Assembly: GCA_030625165.1 (NCBI GenBank)
Contig: DAOURL010000003.1
Coordinates: forward strand, 1-38,707
Origin: Methanosarcinales archaeon
GTDB lineage: Archaea; Halobacteriota; Methanosarcinia; Methanosarcinales; Methanogasteraceae
Length of the DNA stretch: 38,707 bases
Direction of reading: 5' to 3'
Part shown: one piece after another, positions 18,078 through 26,300 of the stretch
How the letters are laid out: each line of letters opens with the position of its first letter
Position numbering within the stretch: position 1 is the first letter of the stretch
Position numbers and translations under genes: made by a program
Notes under the pieces: generated by a model
Seen by the model: the letters and a program-made list of their open reading frames with translations, nothing else
Told to the model about the DNA's origin: nothing
Database searches by the model: none

Positions 18078-18728
18078 TCACTGGAGTTTGTCGTGCATCT
18101 CTTCAAGTGCCTTTGAGTCCTTGCCCATCCGCACCATCAGTTCTGCGATCGCTGCATCGAGGAATACGAGCGCGGTGATCTCGAAGGTGGTGCCAAGCGG
18201 TGCAAGTTCTGAGAGTTTCGCATACTTCCCGAGGAGATGCTGCACAAGATAGTCGCCCTTGCCATTCTTTGCCCTGCCAAAGATTCTCACAGTCTTGTCT
18301 GCCATTATTCCGAGAGTGGAGTCCGGTTGAGAGGTGACGACGATCAGAGACGCTCCGATCTTCTTTACGACCTGTCCAAGATCGACGATCGAGAGGGTTT
18401 CACCGGATCCGCTGATCGCGACCACCACATCGCCTGAGTGCAGCGCTGGCGTTGTCGACTCGCCCACCACATACACGCGCAGTCCGAGATGCATGAGCCG
18501 TGTTGCAAATGCCTTACCGACGAGACCTGACCTGCCAGTCCCCATCACAAAGATGTTCTTTGCACCCAAGATCTCATCGAGCATCTCTGAAACCGAGTTG
18601 AGATCGAGTTCACTAAGCGCCTGCTCTATGTGCTTTGTCAGTATCTCCATCGATGCGTGCAGGGTTTGGCACTTCGGTACTTCGTTGGTGGTCTCTTCCG
18701 GTGTAGCTCTGTTTTTATCTTCAGCCAT
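18078..18728 (-). CDS. hxlB: 6-phospho-3-hexuloisomerase (SIS domain)
   Basis: GTGRSGLVGKAFATRLMHLG, VVGESTTP, ISGSGET, APLGTTFE. Confidence 0.92.
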   Translation of the reverse strand: MAEDKNRATPEETTNEVPKCQTLHASMEILTKHIEQALSELDLNSVSEMLDEILGAKNIFVMGTGRSGLVGKAFATRLMHLGLRVYVVGESTTPALHSGDVVVAISGSGETLSIVDLGQVVKKIGASLIVVTSQPDSTLGIMADKTVRIFGRAKNGKGDYLVQHLLGKYAKLSELAPLGTTFEITALVFLDAAIAELMVRMGKDSKALEEMHDKLQ

Positions 18729-18729
18729 C

Positions 18730-19992
18730 TCATTGCCTCCTGTTTACCAGGTCAAAAGCTGTTTCTGATGCTTTCATAAGAATCTCTTCCTCACCATCTA
18801 CCACCCCCCCCTCCATGAGCACGGCGCCATCGCATATCGTGGTGTCAACGCAGTTTGAGGACGCGTATATCAGGTTCGAGTCGAGGTTGTGAAGCGGCGT
18901 CATCCCTGGCAGTTGCAGATCGATCAAGAGCAGGTCTGCTGGCGCACCCTCGGTTATCTCGCCGCCCCCTTCCCCTATGCGCAGGGCTTGTGCGCCATGT
19001 TTCGTGACCATCGAAAGCGCATCGCGCGCTGGCATCATGGTCGGCTGGTTCGTTGCTGATTTCTGCGATAGTGATGCGAACTTCGCCGACTCGAGCATGT
19101 TTAAATTGTTATTGGATGCGCACCCGTCAGTCCCTATCGAGATGCTGACTCCTGCGGCGCGTAAGCAAGGGTATCTCATCTTCTGCCCGACAGCGAGTTT
19201 CATGTTTGAAGTTGGAGTGTGAGCTATCTTAACGTTATGTTTCGCAAGCAGCGATATCTCATTGTCATCGAGCCAGACGCAGTGCGCGGAAACGACATTC
19301 GGACCGAGAAATCCGAGCCGGTCGAGGTACTCGACAGGGCGCATGCCATTCTTCTCGATGCAGTCCTTGACCTCCTGTTCGGTCTCCGAAACGTGGATAT
19401 GGACCAGCAGATCCTCTTCTCTTGCAAACTCTGCGATCCATAGAAGACTCTCCTCTGAGACTGTGTAGATGGCATGAGGACCAAGCGCGGGGATCACCCG
19501 ATCCGAGTAATCCTTCGTTAGTTTCGTGATCAGTCTTTTATTCTCCCTCTGCGTCCCCTCATCTGACCCGCCTGACCCAGCATCGACATCGATGAAGACG
19601 TTACTGATGACGCCGCGTATCCCCATCTCATCGACCGCTTTTGCGCTTTCCAGGGCGTGCCAGTACATATCGTTAAACGTAGTCGTGCCAGTCCGTATCA
19701 TCTCAAGGCACGCAAGTTTTGTGCCCCAGTAGACGTCTTCCCCGGTCAGTTTCGCCTCCGCTGGCCAGATCCAGTCCTGTAGCCACGTCTGCAAGGGAAG
19801 ATCATCGGCATACCCGCGAAAGAGTGTCATCGCCGCATGGGTATGCGTGTTCACAAAGCCGGGCACAAGTGCCTTTCTCTTCGCGTCAATAACGGTATCA
19901 GCATCATACGCGGCACAGCCGATCTCAGCGATCGCGGCGTCCTCGATGTAGACGTTTCCGTAGTTTTCGGTATCTCTTAAGAGTAGGCTCAT
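18730..19992 (-). CDS. mtaD: 5'-methylthioadenosine/SAH/5'-deoxyadenosine deaminase (amidohydrolase)
   Basis: PGFVNTHTH, PHAIYT, HIHVSETEQE, SNMKLA, GTDGCASNNNL; adjacent to an MTAP-family phosphorylase. Confidence 0.85.
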   Translation of the reverse strand: MSLLLRDTENYGNVYIEDAAIAEIGCAAYDADTVIDAKRKALVPGFVNTHTHAAMTLFRGYADDLPLQTWLQDWIWPAEAKLTGEDVYWGTKLACLEMIRTGTTTFNDMYWHALESAKAVDEMGIRGVISNVFIDVDAGSGGSDEGTQRENKRLITKLTKDYSDRVIPALGPHAIYTVSEESLLWIAEFAREEDLLVHIHVSETEQEVKDCIEKNGMRPVEYLDRLGFLGPNVVSAHCVWLDDNEISLLAKHNVKIAHTPTSNMKLAVGQKMRYPCLRAAGVSISIGTDGCASNNNLNMLESAKFASLSQKSATNQPTMMPARDALSMVTKHGAQALRIGEGGGEITEGAPADLLLIDLQLPGMTPLHNLDSNLIYASSNCVDTTICDGAVLMEGGVVDGEEEILMKASETAFDLVNRRQ

Positions 19993-20669
19993 CTGATCAG
20001 CCTCATGATTATATCTGTGACCATCTCGCGTTTTCCCTCAATATTTCCGATGATCGCCTCATAGCTCAAACCCGGTTCCTGCGCTGCAACACCGTTTGCA
20101 TAGTTATCGACCGTGCAGAGCGCTGCAACAGGGATTCCTGCCTCGCAGCAGAGGGTTGCCTCGTTTGCCATCGTCATGCCGACGATATCAGCGAACTGCC
20201 CAAGAACTCTAATCTCTGCTTTTGTCTCGAATCTGGGTCCATGCGTCTGCACATATACTCCCCCATCCTTTCCGTGGCTCGCCTTGACAATCCTGCTCCG
20301 CAACCCCCTATCGAGTTCCGGAACGATATGGCGTATCTCATCGTCGTAGAATGTTAGTGGCATTCCGAAGTTTATGTAGTCGTGCGGAACAACCAGCGCG
20401 CCGGGCGGTATCTCCGGATTCAGGCTGCCTGTCGAGCAGACGCATACCACGCCATCCACGCCTGATTCTTTGAGTGCCGATATGTTTGCGCGGTGATTTA
20501 TCCGGTGCGGCGGCGTATCCATGGCAATGCCGTGGCGCGGCAGGAAGATGGCGTCACTCCCCTCGAAAATCCCCACATCGCCATATTCGGTTCTGACGGT
20601 CTCCTTTCTACATTTCCTGCCCTTGAACTCTTCTCCAATCAGATTTGTGCCGGTGATGATACCGAGCAT
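19989..20669 (-). CDS. mtnP: MTAP-family purine nucleoside phosphorylase (probably S-methyl-5'-thioinosine phosphorylase)
   Basis: PRHG, PPHRINHRANI, GPRFETKAEI, VGMTMANE, VDNYANG. Start taken at ATG 20669. Confidence 0.85.
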   Translation of the reverse strand: MLGIITGTNLIGEEFKGRKCRKETVRTEYGDVGIFEGSDAIFLPRHGIAMDTPPHRINHRANISALKESGVDGVVCVCSTGSLNPEIPPGALVVPHDYINFGMPLTFYDDEIRHIVPELDRGLRSRIVKASHGKDGGVYVQTHGPRFETKAEIRVLGQFADIVGMTMANEATLCCEAGIPVAALCTVDNYANGVAAQEPGLSYEAIIGNIEGKREMVTDIIMRLIR

Positions 20670-20673
20670 TGAA

Positions 20674-21276
20674 TCATGCTCCGCCGATATCAAGCGCCTT
20701 CCTGATCACCTGACTGACCGGTAGTGAGCATATCATGTACCAGACGATCCAGTACTGGATGCCAAGAAAAGCAGGTTCGCCAAGCGATTTTATTCCCCAG
20801 AACGGGAACGTTATGGCAAATCCAGGATTGGCTTCGACATACGCCCATGCCCAGAAGAAGAGCGGTAACGAGATGATGCTGATGTATGCCATCGGCTTGA
20901 GTTGTTGTTTCATCATCTTGCCCTGATCGCCCATCATGGCAGCACGCTTCTCATCAAGTTTCTTTAATCTCTGTTTGTTCTCTGCGAGTTGCGCTTCCCG
21001 ATATTCCTTCTGAAATCCCTTCATCTTTTCAGAGAATGTGCGCATCAGTTCCCAGTCGATGGTGTACTTCTGGATGAGCGAGGCATAGAGCCCGGTGAGT
21101 GCAGCCATCACGAAGAGCGTGATGTGAATCGGCAGCATATCAGGCAGCGGTCCGAGCAGTGCACCAACGATCCTGGCAACACCGGGTCGGAAGTCCGGTA
21201 GCAGCAGCACTCCAAGCAGCATCGATATTCCGAGTGCAAGCCCGATCCGTTCCAGCGTCTCTTTCCATTGCGACAT
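20674..21276 (-). CDS. DUF106 / EMC3-TMCO1 (Oxa1-superfamily) membrane protein
   Basis: TM segments flanking a coiled coil, QLKPMAYI, WIVWYMICS, QVIRKAL. Confidence 0.88.
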   Translation of the reverse strand: MSQWKETLERIGLALGISMLLGVLLLPDFRPGVARIVGALLGPLPDMLPIHITLFVMAALTGLYASLIQKYTIDWELMRTFSEKMKGFQKEYREAQLAENKQRLKKLDEKRAAMMGDQGKMMKQQLKPMAYISIISLPLFFWAWAYVEANPGFAITFPFWGIKSLGEPAFLGIQYWIVWYMICSLPVSQVIRKALDIGGA

Positions 21277-21376
21277 ATATGCCGAACTTGTGTGCCGATC
21301 TATAAAAAACTGTCGCGATATCGGGGGGACATAACCCCTAAATTTTGTTTCGAAGGGACAATGTCTAAAAATCCGA

Positions 21377-22906
21377 TTATGCCTTAAACGAATCAGATAT
21401 CGTTGAAAGAAACGCCTTTACATTCTCAGAATCGATCCGGTCGTGAAGCACAATGAGCGTATACGCTTCATCTCCGTGCAAAAATTCGTGTATGACCGAA
21501 ACGCCATCCATATCAGGAAGTTCATCTGTGGAAAGAGGGATTCCTGCGATATCGGCTATTCCATTTTGCAGAGCATCGATTCCGGCGGCAACGCCAGTGT
21601 GGATCATCCGCACACGAAACGGCAGCATCTCCATGAGCCGGTTTACCTCATAAAAAGCTGCTCCCGCGAATACGAGATCGTATGCAGCCGCATCCCCAAA
21701 GAGCGTAACCTCGACCGTCTCGCCTGCTTCCATGATCTCGGTCTCGGGAAGGATCTCGATAAACCCGTCCGCGGATGCGAGCGCTGTAATCGCGCCTGAA
21801 CCCTTGATCACAGGATACGCCATCCCCCGCACCAGCGCTACCGGCAGGAGCTGGTGCCTTCCTGCCGACTGGATCATTGATCCGAGCACAGCCTGCTGCG
21901 GTCTCGCTGCTACACCTGCAACGTATCCGAGAACATCGCGTATTCGCGGAGCTACTAAATAATAAAACATGCTCAGCGCCGATGTTGGGAAACCTGGAAG
22001 CCCTATGACTGGTTTTTCCATCTTCGCTATTATCATCGGCTTACCGGGCTTGATATTGATCCCATGCGCAAGCACCTCGCCGCACTCCTCGAGGATGCGG
22101 GGCATGATGTCCCCGGACCCGGCAGACGTGCTTCCGGATGTGAGGATCAGATCGCACTCTGAAATGGCTTTCTCGAGGACTTCCACCGTCTTTTTTTCGT
22201 CATCCGAAACGATCCCGTACGCAACCGGAGTTGCCCCGCATTCGCGCACCGCAGCAGATAGCGTGTGCGCGTTCACATCGTATACTTTCCCCGGATCCAT
22301 TTTATCGCCCGCAGGGACGAGTTCGTTTCCGGTCGAGATGATCCCGATGCGAAGCGAGCGAACCCGGACATGCGAGACTCCGATGGCTGCGAGAACACCT
22401 GCCTCACGCGATCCGAGAAGCGTTCCTTTCGGAAGCACCCGCGTCCCGTCCCGGATGTCGGCTCCTGCCCGCATGACATTCTCATATACGTGGACCGCCC
22501 GGTAAATCGAGACCGAAGACGAAGATTCGCCTTCCTTGGTGTACTCGACCATCACGACCGCATCAGCGCCCGCAGGAAGCATCGCGCCCGTGGAGATCTC
22601 GGCAGCAGTGCCCTCGGATATCGTAAGCAACGGAACGTCCCCGGCAGGGATCCTGCCAGCGATCACAAGTTGCACCGGCTCTTCTTCCCGCGCCATGTAC
22701 GTATCTGCCGCACGCACCGCGTAGCCATCCATGTCTGCACGGTCAAACGATGGTACATCAATAGGCGCGAAAACATCCTCTGCAAGGACGCTGTGGTATG
22801 CCAGATCGAGCGGTACGACCTCGGTGCTGCTGCGGATGATTGATCTGAGTAGCTCCTCCGCTCTTCCGATCGGTATCAACTCGTGAAATTCCTTCCGGTT
22901 TGCCAT
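21377..22906 (-). CDS. moeA: Molybdopterin molybdotransferase MoeA with shortened C-terminal PBP-like domain
   Basis: VPSFDRADMDGYAV, ISTGAMLPAGADAVVMVE, STGNEL, SGSTSAG, KPGKP, LPGFPTS. Start reassigned to ATG 22906. Confidence 0.9.
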   Translation of the reverse strand: MANRKEFHELIPIGRAEELLRSIIRSSTEVVPLDLAYHSVLAEDVFAPIDVPSFDRADMDGYAVRAADTYMAREEEPVQLVIAGRIPAGDVPLLTISEGTAAEISTGAMLPAGADAVVMVEYTKEGESSSSVSIYRAVHVYENVMRAGADIRDGTRVLPKGTLLGSREAGVLAAIGVSHVRVRSLRIGIISTGNELVPAGDKMDPGKVYDVNAHTLSAAVRECGATPVAYGIVSDDEKKTVEVLEKAISECDLILTSGSTSAGSGDIMPRILEECGEVLAHGINIKPGKPMIIAKMEKPVIGLPGFPTSALSMFYYLVAPRIRDVLGYVAGVAARPQQAVLGSMIQSAGRHQLLPVALVRGMAYPVIKGSGAITALASADGFIEILPETEIMEAGETVEVTLFGDAAAYDLVFAGAAFYEVNRLMEMLPFRVRMIHTGVAAGIDALQNGIADIAGIPLSTDELPDMDGVSVIHEFLHGDEAYTLIVLHDRIDSENVKAFLSTISDSFKA

Positions 22907-23076
22907 TGTATGGAGTAAGGGACTTCCAAACAAATAGGTTACCCCACTGTACAACCTGAAGCCTCGATCACTCCGCCCCCAAATGAAATTTGGAAGCATC
23001 CGCGGGATGGGGGTCGGGTGTTTGACGAGCGATGACGGAGGTGGGTGGTCGAGAGTATGGGAGCTACTAACTATGA

Positions 23077-23442
23077 CTAAATCTCTTCAAAATATTTTTT
23101 AATCCTTTCTACAACGTGATTCGACTTATTACTTTTATGATATATCTCGATAAATATTATCTTTTCACTATCTTGTATATGTGCATAAATTATACGAAAC
23201 CCGCTTCTACAACCTTTGCCTCTAAAATCTCTAGATCTAAAATTTTTCACCTTGTAAATTGGTGTTTTGACATTTGCTCCAAGGCCAGATATTTCAAAAG
23301 TCCCAGACGTATGCTTGGGCAATGTTTTAGTTAATACTTTTTGAAAGTTCTCAAAATCATTATTAAGTGATCTATATTTTTTAGATAATTTTTCCAATTC
23401 TTTACGAAACTCTGGAACAGCCTCAAATTTAACATCCACCAT
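23077..23442 (-). CDS. RelE/ParE-like toxin
   Basis: F.KEL.KL.KKY.SL..D and IYK...GKG.RSGFRIIY...EIYHKS pattern; basic; overlaps the upstream antitoxin gene. Confidence 0.75.
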   Translation of the reverse strand: MVDVKFEAVPEFRKELEKLSKKYRSLNNDFENFQKVLTKTLPKHTSGTFEISGLGANVKTPIYKVKNFRSRDFRGKGCRSGFRIIYAHIQDSEKIIFIEIYHKSNKSNHVVERIKKYFEEI

Positions 23443-24004
23443 CTATATCATCATATGTCCTTATTGATAGTTCCGAATCTCTGTAAAACACTAATTCATA
23501 ATCAAGTTCCTCGAAATCTTCCGCTGTAATATAAGGGATGTCTTTATGCGAATGCTCACTTATTTGCGTAGCATTAAAAAGGGAGTACTTATCTATGTTT
23601 TCATCAATAAAATTCAATTCCTCTTTGGCAATCTTTGATGTATTTGGTTCAGCAGTCGAAAGATATTTTATCTTTTTATATGCACCTTCAAACCATGTTT
23701 TTTCTTCTATTAACCCCTCTTCAACGAGTTCGTTTACAACAGCATCAAAATCACGCGGTGCGGGACCAAACGGATATTTCAAGTAAGTTTCCCCTGTTAA
23801 TTTTTCCTCGAACATCTCATAATAATTGAAATCAGTGAAATACAGAATTTTATATAGTACCGTTTTGCCTACGTTGTCAATGCCACTTGTTTTATGAATT
23901 ACATAATGAAGAATTCGTTTGAATTTTTCTGTGTCAAGCAATTCGGATGAATCGTCGTAAGGCGCATTGGACACCATAATATCCTCAACTTTCAAAGTTG
24001 TCAT
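23429..24004 (-). CDS. Panacea (DUF4065/SocA-like) antitoxin
   Basis: GKTVLYKILYFTDF, TGETY.K.PFGP, ISEHSHKD.PY. Confidence 0.85.
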   Translation of the reverse strand: MTTLKVEDIMVSNAPYDDSSELLDTEKFKRILHYVIHKTSGIDNVGKTVLYKILYFTDFNYYEMFEEKLTGETYLKYPFGPAPRDFDAVVNELVEEGLIEEKTWFEGAYKKIKYLSTAEPNTSKIAKEELNFIDENIDKYSLFNATQISEHSHKDIPYITAEDFEELDYELVFYRDSELSIRTYDDIDGGC

Positions 24005-24446
24005 CTCCTATAAATAGTGCTAATGTTACCATAATACTTAAAATCGACTGATGCCATCCCCAAAACCATATCGTCCACGCATCCATCCCAACTCCGCAGC
24101 CATCACGATACCCCCGATGAAGTCACCAAACCCCGCACTTAAGTCCAGAGCCTGAACATAGCGATTTCCTGCCATTCATCTTGCCGTTGCGCTCAAGATT
24201 AAGTTCATCAGTAGCCATACCAACGAGGATATTGCAAGACTGCCTTATGGATCGCGTGGATTCCATGCATTCGTGATGCAGTCGCCATGATACTTGAACC
24301 TGTACGTCGATTTCACAAGTGTTCGTTAAGACTATCTGCGGTCAACCAGGAATGTCCGTGATATGCCCCGGATAAGAGTTGACTGCCCCTGCCGAACCTG
24401 AGCAATCTGCAACATTTAATAAACCTGTAATATCATTGAAACCCGC

Positions 24447-25766
24447 ATGACAACTACCACTCTCACGCTATCCGAACTCAACAAACTGCTCGAGAACGTG
24501 CTTGAACTGAAAGGCGTTACGATAGAGGGGGATATCGAGATCGAATTTGAGGGCGGAGGCGGCGGTCAGGAAGTGCTGCAAGTGGCTGGATATGAGCTCG
24601 CGCAGATCGCGGCGCGGTTGAATAACGTCACAGGTATGATGGGGTTTCCGGCAGGGCAGGTGCTGCCCGCCATGCAGCCGATGACGTTGCCACCCCAGGT
24701 ACAGTCCCGGATCCCGCAGGAGTTAATTCCAGCCTCCTTTGACGTGGACCCGGTCTCTGAGTGGAAGCACGGGATCGAGGAGGTTGTGCTCGGTGCAACA
24801 TCCTCTGACGGCGGCACACGCAAAACGACGGTCACACTTGGCGGCGAACATGCGCTGCCGTTCTACTTCGATGCGCCGATGCCGAATCCGAATTACGTCT
24901 CGATCGATGTCTTTGACATGCCCATCGGAATGGCACGCGCTGTGCGCATGAACTACGAGGATGTACTCGAAAGCCCGGCTGAGTGGGCAAAGAAGGTGGT
25001 CTCGAAGTTCGGCGCGGATATGGTCACGATCCACCTGATAAGCACCGACCCATCGATCAAGGACACGCCTGCATCAGAGGCGGCGAAGGTGGTCGAGGAT
25101 GTCTTGCAGGCGGTAGACGTCCCGCTCATCATCGGGGGCTCCGGGAATCCGGATAAGGATCCCGAGGTTCTTGAGAAGGCGGCAGAGGCTGCCGAAGGCG
25201 AGCGGTGCCTGATCGCGTCTGCAAACTTAAACATGGACTACCAGCGGATCGCAGCCGCGGCAAAGGAGTATGGTCATGCGATCCTCTCGTGGACGCAGCT
25301 CGAGATCAATGCGCAGAAGGAACTCAACCGCAAACTGATGAAACAGTGCAACATCGAGCGTTGTGACATCGTGATGGATCCGACAACCGCGGCGCTTGGT
25401 TATGGTCTCGATTACGCATACTCAAACATCGAGCGCATCCGGCTCGCAGGGTTAATCGGCGACCAAGAACTGAACTTCCCGATGTCGTCAGGAACCACGA
25501 ACGCGTGGGGCGCGAGAGAGTCGTGGATGGCGGTCTCGCCACTCAAGGAGGACTCGGACTGGGGACCCCGCGAATACAGGGGACCGATCTGGGAGATCAC
25601 GACGGGACTAGCGCTTGCGCTTGCTGGCGTTGACCTCTTCATGATGATGCATCCGACATCGGTTCAGGTACTAAAGTCTGTGACCGGCATGTTGCGCGGC
25701 GGCGATGGCGGCGCGGATGTTGCTGCGGACGTCCCGGACTGGGTTGGGATGATGATTGAGGGGTGA
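24447..25766 (+). CDS. cdhD: Acetyl-CoA decarbonylase/synthase complex delta subunit (CFeSP small subunit)
   Basis: [50 protein letters not shown]. Confidence 0.95.
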   Translation: MTTTTLTLSELNKLLENVLELKGVTIEGDIEIEFEGGGGGQEVLQVAGYELAQIAARLNNVTGMMGFPAGQVLPAMQPMTLPPQVQSRIPQELIPASFDVDPVSEWKHGIEEVVLGATSSDGGTRKTTVTLGGEHALPFYFDAPMPNPNYVSIDVFDMPIGMARAVRMNYEDVLESPAEWAKKVVSKFGADMVTIHLISTDPSIKDTPASEAAKVVEDVLQAVDVPLIIGGSGNPDKDPEVLEKAAEAAEGERCLIASANLNMDYQRIAAAAKEYGHAILSWTQLEINAQKELNRKLMKQCNIERCDIVMDPTTAALGYGLDYAYSNIERIRLAGLIGDQELNFPMSSGTTNAWGARESWMAVSPLKEDSDWGPREYRGPIWEITTGLALALAGVDLFMMMHPTSVQVLKSVTGMLRGGDGGADVAADVPDWVGMMIEG

Positions 25767-25999
25767 AACTTCCGCGCAAGCATTGTGGTGTCGTCCCATC
25801 CGCTGTTACAGAATATTCCGTGAACCCGGGCTTATTGCCCGAGTTGTGGATAAAATCGTTGGAACTCAAGTTAATGGCTGTGCCGCTGCTGTGCAGCTTG
25901 GTCTGATAATCGGCATTCAAGTCATACACTTGACCCGCGTGTCGAACGATACCATTTCACGATTCGCAGCAGGCATTCTCAGAGGTTGATGGACTGAAG

Positions 26000-26029
26000 T
26001 GTGCAGCCCTGGTGAAAAAGGGCTGCACA
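26000..26029. repeat. Perfect 11-bp hairpin in the cdhD-rpoA' spacer
   Basis: TGTGCAGCCCT-GGTGAAAA-AGGGCTGCACA. Confidence 0.6.
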
Positions 26030-26300
26030 GTCACAACCACGCGAACGGATTAAAAAAGGGACGTGGTAATAATCATCATGATGTTACATCAATATAAAGG
26101 AATTTGTGGAGAGGATGTCACGTTCGCCCCACCGACGCTGCCTGAATGTCCATCCTGTCGGCTATTCTATCACCGGGACATTCGGGTTGTGCCCACTCAC
26201 ATAAAAACCCGTTTCCGTGCGTGGGCGTCAACGCCAGAAGGCACGACAACCCCTTATGAATCAAAACCTTTATCCCACAGACATTAGAGACTGGTATACA

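Noticed and set aside
24005-24446. Possible transposase remnant upstream of the Panacea gene
   Set aside because: Manual translation gave only short frames with no recognisable motif.
25639-25989. ORFs in the cdhD-rpoA' spacer
   Set aside because: No recognisable motifs and they overlap cdhD; possibly a decayed gene but unsupported.
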